Shown: positions 27,511 to 36,593, counted from the first letter of the stretch. The stretch is 64,000 bases of DNA from an uncultured Pirellulales bacterium (GCA_964556885.1 CAZKYP010000001.1:2122-66121), one strand, 5' to 3'. Translations and numbers: made by a program. The notes: generated by a model not told the origin, from the letters alone.

Positions 27511-28755
27511 TCAAACCTTTCTCATGACCAGTCTGAGACTGCTTGTTAAAAGCTCTTCTTCACTATAGTCTTGCAGCTCACTTAATATATCTGGTGTCAG
27601 TAGTTCCAAATGTTTGAAGTTCATTCCAAATCTGATATGTACCGGACTTACAATTTGAAAAAGATCAGCTACTATTGACTTGTATTCTCTGGTGCTGATC
27701 TGGTTATATCCATCTGAATAAATATAATCGATATGAGATCCAATCGGGGCTGATTGAATGATCTCTTTGCAGCGATCTTTGTAGTATGATTTCATTCCTT
27801 CGGCGTTCTTTTTTCTAAGATGAATCCAAGGATCGTTCGGAAAAATTGTCTCTTTATGGTGACCAAAAGCCGAGTTCCACAACGGAGCCGCAAAACAATA
27901 AATAATTCCTCTTTTTGCAGTAACTCTTACCATTTCTTCAAGCGCGTCCTTCGGATTTAAGACATGTTCTAATGTCGCCATGGAACAACAAATATCAAAG
28001 GAATTGTCCTTAAATGGTATTTTCTCAGCCGAACCTCTGACATATCTTATCCGGGGATGTGGATAACCTTGTCCCACATCTTCTATTATATCTAATCCTG
28101 TTACTTCTTTGGCTCCCATACAGGCGAGCAAATCACATTCCAATCCCCTATTGCACCCTACATCCAGAACGGTTTGATTACGGATGTCAACATATTTCCT
28201 CATATCATTCAGTAAATTTTGATGATAGCTTTTTTGTTCTTTTTCCTGTTTTGTGCTTTCTTGTTTATGGGCTAATCTATCAAAACTACCTTTGTCCAGG
28301 AAAGCCGCTCTGTTTACGAGGATAAAGTTCTTCTCGACAGGTATGACTATTTTCACCTTTAGATTTTCAAGCCGTTCTATTACATTATCGAGCAGATTTT
28401 CATCTAATTGGCACTGGCTGAAAATCGTATATTCACCTTTTGCTTCCTGGGCCGCCAGGAGACATAACTGCACGAAATCAAGTCCTGCCGGAGGCTTAAT
28501 TATTTTAATGTCGTCGATAATGGTTTTTATGTGGGATTCGTCAATCGCAACTGAGCTGTTATTGATAATTATGAGTTCGTACAGGCCGGGTAGGCTGGTT
28601 GCCAATAGTGAGTGCACGTAATTATATGCGTTTGGACAGTCAGTACCTATAAAAAGAACAATAGAGCATCGTTTCTTGACCCGGTCTGTTCCGTAACCGG
28701 TTGCTGTCTTGACGCTATTAATGACTTTGGTGTTGTTTGGTTGAACACAGAGCAC
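27511..28755 (-). CDS. Two-domain protein: degenerate GT2-like N-domain plus class I SAM methyltransferase
   Basis: The C-terminal half has VLDVGCNRGLECDLLA...VTGLDI...FDICCSMATLEHV (Methyltransf_11-like). The N-terminal half, CSIVLFIGTDCPN...LIIINNSS, resembles a GT-A fold but has no clear DxD motif. Confidence 0.6.
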   Translation of the reverse strand: MLCVQPNNTKVINSVKTATGYGTDRVKKRCSIVLFIGTDCPNAYNYVHSLLATSLPGLYELIIINNSSVAIDESHIKTIIDDIKIIKPPAGLDFVQLCLLAAQEAKGEYTIFSQCQLDENLLDNVIERLENLKVKIVIPVEKNFILVNRAAFLDKGSFDRLAHKQESTKQEKEQKSYHQNLLNDMRKYVDIRNQTVLDVGCNRGLECDLLACMGAKEVTGLDIIEDVGQGYPHPRIRYVRGSAEKIPFKDNSFDICCSMATLEHVLNPKDALEEMVRVTAKRGIIYCFAAPLWNSAFGHHKETIFPNDPWIHLRKKNAEGMKSYYKDRCKEIIQSAPIGSHIDYIYSDGYNQISTREYKSIVADLFQIVSPVHIRFGMNFKHLELLTPDILSELQDYSEEELLTSSLRLVMRKV

Positions 28756-28992
28756 TTGTAAAGCTCCTAAAAACAGTTATCCAAGGTTACCTTTTTAATA
28801 ACTTTTCTTACTCTATAATAAGACAATCGCTTCATTTTGATGTCCTACGATTTTTCCAAGGTAATTTATTGTTCTTGTTAGATATTGATAAAGACCGGAA
28901 CGAAATTGTTGATCCAGTTCTATCTCCTCCTTTCTCAAGAACACGCTTGATTGAACCGTGACTTTCCATTAATATCCACCCCATTAGTTACT

Positions 28993-29322
28993 TTACTGTA
29001 AATCAATATTATTTCGATAAGTTCCGACTATTTTTCTGCCTATGCGGACTTGACAAAGCTTATTGGCGGCGTCGGCCTTCTGGCATTCCAGAGACAAATA
29101 TAAACTGTCATATAATTCCCGGAGCCGTTTCCAATGATCTTCATAACCGGAATGTTTATGTATCCCGGCCTGTGTTATTTTCTGTACGAGTGAATCCGTC
29201 TGTGTGCCGAGCAGTTTGATTTGTTCGCCGGAAGAATTACCATGTTGAACCAGCTCGATCTGTTTTTCCAACATACTCTGTAATTCTCTCAGCATTTGTT
29301 CTTCGGTGGTTGTATTCATCAA
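28993..29322 (-). CDS. Small helical protein of unknown function (possible FlgN/FliT-style chaperone)
   Basis: 109 aa with predicted helical heptad-like composition. Its ATGA overlaps the stop of the upstream TPR gene. I recognise no diagnostic motif. Confidence 0.4.
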   Translation of the reverse strand: MMNTTTEEQMLRELQSMLEKQIELVQHGNSSGEQIKLLGTQTDSLVQKITQAGIHKHSGYEDHWKRLRELYDSLYLSLECQKADAANKLCQVRIGRKIVGTYRNNIDLQ

Positions 29323-29969
29323 ATTTCTATTTTTGCCAGTTTTTCCTGTGCCAGACTGTGTTCGACTTCTTCCAGCAGATTGGATGCATCCTTATGACCT
29401 GAATCCAGCGTCAGAAGGTCATAAAGTACCTGTTTTGACTGCTCCAGCTTTCCGTCTTTCAGATATAACGCTGCAAGCGGGAACATTACAGACGTATCAC
29501 CCGGATGCATATCCAGATACACCTCCAGATAATGAGTAACCTGTTCGAAGGAACCCATCTGGCTGGAAGTTTGAAACAGTCCAAGGAGAGCCGCGATATT
29601 ATCGCTGTCAAGTTCCAGGCATTTCAGATACATCTCGAACGACCGTCTGTAATCGCTTTTTTTCTGTGCCACCAGGCCCAGACCGGCGTAAGCCTTGGCA
29701 CAGTTTTTATCGAGTCTGCATGCAACCTTGAAAGCGGCTTCCGCGTCTTCGAGCATATTTTCCTGTAGAGCAATAACTCCAAGCCCGACATAAGGACCAG
29801 CTTCATCAGTGGCAAGAACCGCCGCTTTTTCGTAATATTTTTTTGCCTGTGTGTAATTACCCAAAGAAGTGTGACAATCCCCCAATTCCTGTAATACTTC
29901 ATAATGTTGCGTAGAGTCATGCTGTTGGTCGATATCGTTTTGGGTTATGTCCATAATTTTTTCCCACAA
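29319..29969 (-). CDS. Stand-alone TPR repeat protein
   Basis: Shows repeated 34-residue A/Y/G patterns: LGNYTQAKKYYEKA, LEDAEAAFKVACRLDKNCAKAYAGLG, YRRSFEMYLKCLELDSDN. Confidence 0.7.
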   Translation of the reverse strand: MWEKIMDITQNDIDQQHDSTQHYEVLQELGDCHTSLGNYTQAKKYYEKAAVLATDEAGPYVGLGVIALQENMLEDAEAAFKVACRLDKNCAKAYAGLGLVAQKKSDYRRSFEMYLKCLELDSDNIAALLGLFQTSSQMGSFEQVTHYLEVYLDMHPGDTSVMFPLAALYLKDGKLEQSKQVLYDLLTLDSGHKDASNLLEEVEHSLAQEKLAKIEI

Positions 29970-30010
29970 GTACTCCGGAGATTTTCACTTGTTCCGGTAA
30001 GTAATCCGTT

Positions 30011-31588
30011 TCAGCGACATCCGGAAAAATATTCCATTTCATTGTTAAGTATCTGTTCAGCCGATTCGAGCAGTTCAATTGCCGAATCGAAATTATTCTC
30101 GTTTCGTTTAATCTTCGCCTCTAATAAAAGCGTATCCACAGAGGGTCTTTGATTGTTAATTTCACTGTTGAGTATCGCTGCTCTTCTTAAATCTCCGGCT
30201 TTATAGAATGCCTTTGCGGCCATAGTCATCATCCACAACCGGTTCCGATGGTTGTCAGCAATGTGCTCAAACAATTCGGCCGCTTCCAGCCATTCTCCAT
30301 CCCGGCCGGCCGATTTAGCCTGTTGGAGTAAATTGTCGAACTGGAAAGGATACTCCTTAAAGTCCGGTTTTCTTACGGCTATTCCGGAAGCCTTTAAAGA
30401 TTCATATACTGGTAAATCAGGCCTGTTTTTTCTGGCAATAAGCAGGTCTTCTTTACGAATCACCGCCGCCCAAAGTTCATCTGTCGATTCTTCAAGCTCA
30501 AGTACCTGCCGGTCAACTGGATTGTTGATCATTGCGTATAGCGGGATTTCGATCCATAGATCCTTTATTGGATATCTGTCAGATACTATTCCGATATAAT
30601 CCCCATCACATTTTTCAAGAACCGCATCAATACGTCGGGCTGAAGATGCTGTTTCATCTACTGGTATGAAAATCAGGTTGGGCATATCGGTATTTAATTT
30701 GGCAAACTCGGACTTTGGCATGGGTATATATATTTTATATGGGTAGAACGTACACCGCCAGATAGTAAGTATGGCCGTAGCAGTCTGTATGTCTACGTGG
30801 TCGGAGAGAAATATGAGTGACATATCCTTAATCTTAGGCCAGGGTTTGGCCGGTCTGGTTGTTCGTATTGTCAGTACGTTCCAGAAATATTTGTTTGTAT
30901 CTTTACGCTGCTGAACCGATATTCTGTCACAGTCACCCATCGGGTGGTAATATTCACCGGTGATTTCATGGACATGATGAAAATCAGAAAAGAAGACCAG
31001 CCGACGAGCCATATCCCAGTCAATTAGAACATTTAGCTGCTCGTTGTAAGGCCCGGTTTTATCAAGCAAATCCAAACGGTGCATCAGGCATACGTGCAAA
31101 ACGTGATTGAATAATAACATAAGGAAACGGTCGAAGTCCCGGCTGACCTCGACAACTTTACTTAAGACCTGCCGTGTGCCGTCCGACATAACTTTACAGT
31201 AAACTTTGTAGAAGTCGCTGTAGGCGACCTGGCAATCGGTATCTCCTTCGAGGGCATCGACCAGTGTCCGGATATGATTGGGGTAATATATATCATCGTC
31301 GTCAAGGTATGCAACATATTTACCTTTGGCCCTTTCAAGGGCTTCATTTAGAGAATGGGCCTTGCCGCGGTTTTCCTTTCTGTTGATAAATATCAATCGT
31401 GGATCTTGAAATGAACGAATTATATCACTAACATCATCACCACCGTCGTTGACCACGAGTATCTGCATATTCTCGTAGCTCTGACCAAGAACGCTGGCCA
31501 GCGCCTTATGCAAATATTGGGGGCGGTTGAAAGTCGAAATAAGCACGCTAACCACCGGCCCGGCCATTTTCTCATAATTTTCCGACAT
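30011..31588 (-). CDS. GT2 glycosyltransferase with C-terminal TPR domain
   Basis: The N-terminus reads PVVSVLISTFNRPQYLHKALASVLGQSYENMQILVVNDGGDD...YLDDDD. The C-terminus has TPR-like helices (WLEAAELFEHIADNH..., AKAFYKAGDLRRAA). Confidence 0.8.
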   Translation of the reverse strand: MSENYEKMAGPVVSVLISTFNRPQYLHKALASVLGQSYENMQILVVNDGGDDVSDIIRSFQDPRLIFINRKENRGKAHSLNEALERAKGKYVAYLDDDDIYYPNHIRTLVDALEGDTDCQVAYSDFYKVYCKVMSDGTRQVLSKVVEVSRDFDRFLMLLFNHVLHVCLMHRLDLLDKTGPYNEQLNVLIDWDMARRLVFFSDFHHVHEITGEYYHPMGDCDRISVQQRKDTNKYFWNVLTIRTTRPAKPWPKIKDMSLIFLSDHVDIQTATAILTIWRCTFYPYKIYIPMPKSEFAKLNTDMPNLIFIPVDETASSARRIDAVLEKCDGDYIGIVSDRYPIKDLWIEIPLYAMINNPVDRQVLELEESTDELWAAVIRKEDLLIARKNRPDLPVYESLKASGIAVRKPDFKEYPFQFDNLLQQAKSAGRDGEWLEAAELFEHIADNHRNRLWMMTMAAKAFYKAGDLRRAAILNSEINNQRPSVDTLLLEAKIKRNENNFDSAIELLESAEQILNNEMEYFSGCR

Positions 31589-31624
31589 TCCAGGAGTATC
31601 TTACTTTCTCTTCGTAACAATGAT

Positions 31625-33181
31625 TTATGTGATCCAATTATTCTCGAATATCCGAGAACCAGTAACAGCGGGATGTTTATATTGCTTGATATTGGAATTT
31701 TGCGAACTGTTACTTTGCGCGGCCGCAGTTTGTTGCGAATCTATTGAGGTCTCAATCTGAGTAAAAATATCGTTGATCTTGTTCAACTGTTTATTCAACG
31801 AATACTTTTCTTCTACAAAACTACGATACCTGTGCGGCTCGTACGGCCCGGAGCAAATTTGTTCGCAAAATTCTTCAGCGATATTGAATAAAAATTCGGA
31901 GGGGAACGTTTCGCTCGCTCCCGGAAAGTTATGTATTACGGGTTTCAAACCGCAAGCCATCGCTTCCAAAAGTCCCATGCCCTGACTCTCGATAAGGCTG
32001 GTCGAAACGATGTAATGTTTGTCCCTGAGCCATGCATTGACGTTTTCCTGCCAGCCGTCGAAGAAAATCACGTTGTTGAGATTAAGAGCATCAACCATGT
32101 GTCTTACATATTGCTCGATGGTTTCATCCTGGAACATACCTCCAAAGAACAGGCGGTAGCCGGGGTCTATATAGTGTAGTTTCTGCATGCACTGCAAAAC
32201 AAAAGCAGGATTCTTCACCGCTCTAATGTTAGACAGGAAGGCTATGTTTTTCCCTCGCGGCCGGTCGACGAAATTAAATTGGTCGAAATTTATACCGTTG
32301 GGAATAGTGACGATTGATGTTTGACTTTCAAGTGATGGGACCTTTCGGAAGAGGGCGTCCTTTACAAACTTGTTACCAATTATTACAAGGTAATCGATGT
32401 CGGACCAGTTTATCTGTTGCGGCCACGGCCCATAAGCTTCATAACGATGCAATCTTATAATGTTCTTACAGACCTTTGGCATCTTGGAACCGATAACCGC
32501 AAGGTCGGTGCACCATTCAAACCATGAAATATCGCTCCATTTCATCAAGTCGTACAGTTCTTCCTCTGTTTTACCGTTAAAAATACGTATTTCAAATCGC
32601 TGGTCTGTAAATTTTGTGATTTCATCAAGAAATTTCATACCATCAGCGCCGCAAATAAATGCCAGCTTCGGTCTTTTGTAACGAATTACATCGATCATCG
32701 GCCGCAATATTTCCTGATCGGGACAAATTTGGAGGGAATGAAGCAACATTTCGATTGCCCCGGCTTTGTTATCCTGATCAAGTAATACATTGGCGGTTCT
32801 GTTCAGAACATCTGCATTTAAGATATTCATTCGCTCCATATCATTAAAAAGCTGTACCGCTTCATTTGCTCTGCCGGTCGCCAGATATGCCTCCACCAGG
32901 TTCCAAACTATTTCACCGGAATCGTTTTTCAGGGAACGGGCCTTGAGGAAATGATCTATGGCTTCTTTTGAGCGGCCCAGGCAATGGAGAATCGCTCCTG
33001 TATCATTCAGGGCCTGTGCATCATTTTTATCGGTAAGAAGATATTCCTGCATGTACACAAGGGCCTGCTCGTATTGTCCGTTTTCGGCTAATTTCAAACC
33101 TTTTTCGTAATTATTGAGGTTTCCATGGTTTCCATCATGTATTTGCCCATCGTGGCTGTTCAAATTTATGTCCTTTATCAT
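31625..33181 (-). CDS. N-terminal TPR domain fused to GT-B (GT4-like) glycosyltransferase
   Basis: The N-terminus has TPR repeats (GQYEQALVYMQEYL, GRSKEAIDHFLKARSL, GRANEAVQLFNDM). The C-terminus has the GT-B signature STSLIESQGMGLLEAMACGLKPVIHNFPG (E-x7-E region). Confidence 0.78.
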   Translation of the reverse strand: MIKDINLNSHDGQIHDGNHGNLNNYEKGLKLAENGQYEQALVYMQEYLLTDKNDAQALNDTGAILHCLGRSKEAIDHFLKARSLKNDSGEIVWNLVEAYLATGRANEAVQLFNDMERMNILNADVLNRTANVLLDQDNKAGAIEMLLHSLQICPDQEILRPMIDVIRYKRPKLAFICGADGMKFLDEITKFTDQRFEIRIFNGKTEEELYDLMKWSDISWFEWCTDLAVIGSKMPKVCKNIIRLHRYEAYGPWPQQINWSDIDYLVIIGNKFVKDALFRKVPSLESQTSIVTIPNGINFDQFNFVDRPRGKNIAFLSNIRAVKNPAFVLQCMQKLHYIDPGYRLFFGGMFQDETIEQYVRHMVDALNLNNVIFFDGWQENVNAWLRDKHYIVSTSLIESQGMGLLEAMACGLKPVIHNFPGASETFPSEFLFNIAEEFCEQICSGPYEPHRYRSFVEEKYSLNKQLNKINDIFTQIETSIDSQQTAAAQSNSSQNSNIKQYKHPAVTGSRIFENNWIT

Positions 33182-33254
33182 TTTCTATACTCCCTTATAG
33201 ACCTTATTTATAGCAAGTCCAGTTGCAATAACAGCCGAAGCCTTTTTTGATTCA

Positions 33255-33268
33255 GCAAATTCCGTGCC
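33255..33268 (-). promoter_or_regulatory. sigma-54 -24/-12 promoter candidate at the head of the modification island
   Basis: The minus-sense sequence is cGGCACGgaatTTGCTg, with GG-N10-GC spacing. It lies about 75 nt upstream of the TPR-GT gene ATG, which is preceded by an AAGGGAG Shine-Dalgarno site. Confidence 0.6.
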
Positions 33269-33391
33269 GCCCGCCCGAACCAATAAATAAAGGCAATAAT
33301 ATGTTGGCCGGCCCGGAAATCTGTATAAATATCAAACATCCGCGCCTTTTAAGATGGCTGCATTTCTTGCTTTGATTCTGGTAAATACTGA

Positions 33392-34576
33392 TTATTGAAG
33401 GAAATCAATCAATGAAGCAGATGTAAGTGTGCCGATAACCGAAAGCGACATTTGGTACAGAATTTCACGACGGGACAGATCGATGGCAATTTGGGCAATA
33501 TCGGCTTCCTGCAGGCGGGTGGTTTCGTCTTCAGTGTTGTATTTAATATTTTCCAGTGAATTCTTTATATCTTCCAAGAATCCGATTCTCGATCCCGCAG
33601 AAACGGATTTCTCCGCTAAAAGACTTCTAACCTCTTCCAGTGAATCGACAGCCATATCTCGCAGCTCCGACAATTCGGCTTCAGAGAATTCTTGATCATT
33701 CTCTAAAATATCACGAATAGTAATGAGCGTTTGAAATATATTATGAGTTCCTGGTACGCTCACCATATCAGTTCCTGTGCGGCTTATTTCGGTAGTATCG
33801 ATATACAATACTTCTCCGGTAGTAGAATTGGTAACCGCCAGATTGGTATCTGTGCCGTCGGTATGAAAAGTGCTCAAGCCGCCGTCAATAGATAAAGTAT
33901 AATCTCCGGCTGAGCCGGTGACGGTCAGCCATATATTTCCTTTTACGCTCGAAGTACCGGTCCCGGTCTGAGCACCGGTCTGACCTACAAAAACCGGCTC
34001 GCCGCGATCGTCTGAACTGAATAAATCATCACCGACAAAAAATGCCGATGAGTTGATATTGGGAGCTATTTCTATATTTCGATTCTCATAACTGCCCTGG
34101 TAGGTAACACTGGTTATTTCCCCGTTGGTTCGTTCGATAAGGTACGGTACTGTAGTTGTGTTACTCCCCCCGAAGAGATATTGGTTCGAATGTTTGGTAT
34201 TGGCAAGTAAAACCATCTGCTCCAATATGTCGTTGATTTCTTCGGCGGTTCTTGCCCTTGCATCTTCTGTATATATACCGCTGGTAATCTGTGTAAGAAG
34301 TGTGTTGGTTGACGACAGGCTCGTTGACATGTCGTCGATCACGCTGGACGAAATCTCCAGAGTGCTGATAACCTCCGAGAGACTGTCAATGTAACTGGTC
34401 AGTGATCTGTCCTGAGAATTCAATCCCAGCACTCTGAACGCGCTCGAAGGATCGTCTGACGAACGATTAATTCGCGAGCCTGTGGCTACCTGTTCCTGCA
34501 ATAATGCCATTGCGTTAGTATGAAGACGCAAAGCATAGCTTGCATTGTCATATATGCTGTTCAGTGTTCCACTCAT
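33392..34576 (-). CDS. flgL: Flagellar hook-filament junction protein FlgL (HAP3)
   Basis: The N-terminus has ATGSRINRSSDDPSSAFRVLGL, which is FlgL-type rather than the flagellin LSSGLRIN type. It lies directly downstream of flgK. The C-terminal helix is ILYQMSLSVIGTL. Confidence 0.85.
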   Translation of the reverse strand: MSGTLNSIYDNASYALRLHTNAMALLQEQVATGSRINRSSDDPSSAFRVLGLNSQDRSLTSYIDSLSEVISTLEISSSVIDDMSTSLSSTNTLLTQITSGIYTEDARARTAEEINDILEQMVLLANTKHSNQYLFGGSNTTTVPYLIERTNGEITSVTYQGSYENRNIEIAPNINSSAFFVGDDLFSSDDRGEPVFVGQTGAQTGTGTSSVKGNIWLTVTGSAGDYTLSIDGGLSTFHTDGTDTNLAVTNSTTGEVLYIDTTEISRTGTDMVSVPGTHNIFQTLITIRDILENDQEFSEAELSELRDMAVDSLEEVRSLLAEKSVSAGSRIGFLEDIKNSLENIKYNTEDETTRLQEADIAQIAIDLSRREILYQMSLSVIGTLTSASLIDFLQ

Positions 34577-34625
34577 ATTTGTTTCCGTTATAAGAAATTA
34601 TTTGTATGGTATTAACAAGATATCG

Positions 34626-36593
34626 TCATATTATGTCCATGACCGTCGACATTGATGATTGAACTATGTTAAGATATTTGGACATTGCCTTGAACATCTG
34701 CTCAAAAACGAGCATCGCTGCGGCTTCGTCATTAATATTGACGCCACTTGTATTGCTTTCCTGGTTCTTGAGGTTCTGAATCACAGCCTCGATATTGTCG
34801 TAGCGCATCTGCCTTGTGGACACATCCTGTCCGACGTTGGTGATCAACTGGCGATAGAACTCACCGAGTGTCTGATCATTCAGTTCGGTCATGACCTTAT
34901 CCTGTAAGTCCACTATCCGTGAAACATTGGCATTATCCATCATATCGGAACCCAATGCCGTTGCAATGCGTCCGAGATCGTCGATTATATCCGAACAGAC
35001 ATCTATATCCGAAGCGTTGCTGCCGGAGAAGAATGTGTTGATTCCTACGGCCGCTAAAAAGCCGGATGTATCTGTTTGTGCAAAAACATCTACGTCGAAA
35101 TTATCTGTGGCGCCGAAATCACCGGTGCCCACAGATATTTTAATTCCGTTACCTATGTCAATCTTGTCGCCTGCTGCATACCCGCTGCCTATACTAACTG
35201 TGGCGATCACATCACCGGTCCCTCCGTCAGCCCTGACTTCGAGTTGCAGGCTGCCGTTCCCAACCGAGCCGGCGCCGGATACTGTGAATTTATAAGTGTC
35301 GTTTTCGTCGCCTGTGTAAATGCCGGAAACTGTAATTTGCGGGACTGTTCCTCCCGTTAAAACGGATGCTGTCGGTTCACTTAGGACCGCGGGGAGAAAA
35401 TCAAATTCATAGTTTGATTCGGCCTCTATATGGAGCGCCGAGCTGGCTACGACCGCGTCCAGACCGGTTATTGAAGAAATAGCAGCAGCTATAGTGCTGA
35501 GTGAATCCGTTGAAACATCGACAGGGATAAAGTTCCTTGTTATTTCTCCGGTACTGGTGTTGATTACTCTTATATAAATATTGCCGTCCGATATAGATTC
35601 GCCAAGAGAGTCCAGAGTCCCGCTTGCAACCGGCCAGCCCGAAATCTCCGTAAAAGAGCCCTCCGAACCGACGCCCTGAACATGATACTGGTTGATTTGT
35701 TGAATTATTATGCCTGCCAGGTCGTCCATGTCACTTTTAATGTCAGGAATGATATCGTTCCTGAGTGAAATCAATCCGCCAAGTCTTCCCCCCTGGACAT
35801 CGGATGTATAACTGGTTGTATTGACCATGCCAATACCTAATTCTCCATCCTCCGTCAAACCGGTCCGTAGTTCTATAGCAGAGGTGCCTGTCACTACGGG
35901 CATCGTGGATACACTCAGATCAATCATTCCGTTATCACGAGTCTGTGCTTCGACGCTTATCAGCTCGGAGATTTCTGCAATGCACTGGTCTCTCTGGTCT
36001 CTCAGATTGTTCGCCTCACCTCCGGCAAATTCCTGTTTTGCTATACTCTCGTTAAGTTCGGCAACTCTGTTTACAAGTAAATTAATCTGCTCGACCGTAT
36101 TATCAGCTTCCAGCTCAATCTGCTCTTCCAGGGTTGAAAGAAAATCCGAAGATGTCCTGAATTGATCGGACAAAGATTGTGCCGCTGTCACGGCCTGGTT
36201 TTGCCAGATTGATTCGGTCGGATGGGCAGACAAATCCTGCATCGCGATGAAAAAATCGTCCAAAGCCGTGCTCAGGCTGCTTCCTTCCGAAAACTCTCCA
36301 AATGTACTTTCTATCGTTTGTAATGTAGAAAGCTCCTGTGAAACCTGTCCGAATATTGACTTCTGGTTGAATATCTCCTGTTGCAGAAAAGTATCGATAA
36401 TCCTTGTGACACTGGTAACTTCGACACCGCCTCCGAAAAGAACATCACCAACTTGTCCGGAGTATGAGGGAGTTAGTTCAATTTTCTGTTTGTGATAGCC
36501 TTCGGTTGCAGCGTTGGCGATATTATTGCCGATTACTTCAAAAGCCCTCTGGGCCGCAGTAATGCCGCTGATTCCTATATAATAACTGTCCAT
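34626..36593 (-). CDS. flgK: Flagellar hook-associated protein FlgK (HAP1)
   Basis: The N-terminus reads GISGITAAQRAFEVIGNNIANAATEGYHKQ. The C-terminus has NINDEAAAMLVFEQMFKAMSKYLNIVQS. Confidence 0.93.
   Translation of the reverse strand: MDSYYIGISGITAAQRAFEVIGNNIANAATEGYHKQKIELTPSYSGQVGDVLFGGGVEVTSVTRIIDTFLQQEIFNQKSIFGQVSQELSTLQTIESTFGEFSEGSSLSTALDDFFIAMQDLSAHPTESIWQNQAVTAAQSLSDQFRTSSDFLSTLEEQIELEADNTVEQINLLVNRVAELNESIAKQEFAGGEANNLRDQRDQCIAEISELISVEAQTRDNGMIDLSVSTMPVVTGTSAIELRTGLTEDGELGIGMVNTTSYTSDVQGGRLGGLISLRNDIIPDIKSDMDDLAGIIIQQINQYHVQGVGSEGSFTEISGWPVASGTLDSLGESISDGNIYIRVINTSTGEITRNFIPVDVSTDSLSTIAAAISSITGLDAVVASSALHIEAESNYEFDFLPAVLSEPTASVLTGGTVPQITVSGIYTGDENDTYKFTVSGAGSVGNGSLQLEVRADGGTGDVIATVSIGSGYAAGDKIDIGNGIKISVGTGDFGATDNFDVDVFAQTDTSGFLAAVGINTFFSGSNASDIDVCSDIIDDLGRIATALGSDMMDNANVSRIVDLQDKVMTELNDQTLGEFYRQLITNVGQDVSTRQMRYDNIEAVIQNLKNQESNTSGVNINDEAAAMLVFEQMFKAMSKYLNIVQSSMSTVMDII

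Noticed and set aside
28813-28944. A strong Shine-Dalgarno-like AAAGGAGGAG on the minus strand (28924-28933) and a possible 43-codon ORF in the 237-nt gap next to the radical SAM/SPASM genes. This would be a tempting RiPP-type precursor.
   Set aside because: No ATG, GTG or TTG lies at a proper distance downstream of the Shine-Dalgarno sequence; only CTG or ATA are available. The GTG that opens the 43-codon frame lies upstream of, and so includes, the Shine-Dalgarno sequence. The peptide has no Cys/Ser/Thr-rich core. It is worth a ribo-seq look but is not supportable from sequence.
33392-34576. The possibility that this flagellin-fold gene is the missing flagellin.
   Set aside because: The N-terminal motif is FlgL-type (TGSRINRSSDDP, then a short helical region). 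The gene lies directly after flgK as in flgKL operons, and it lacks the flagellin LSSGLRINSAKDDAAG-type signature.
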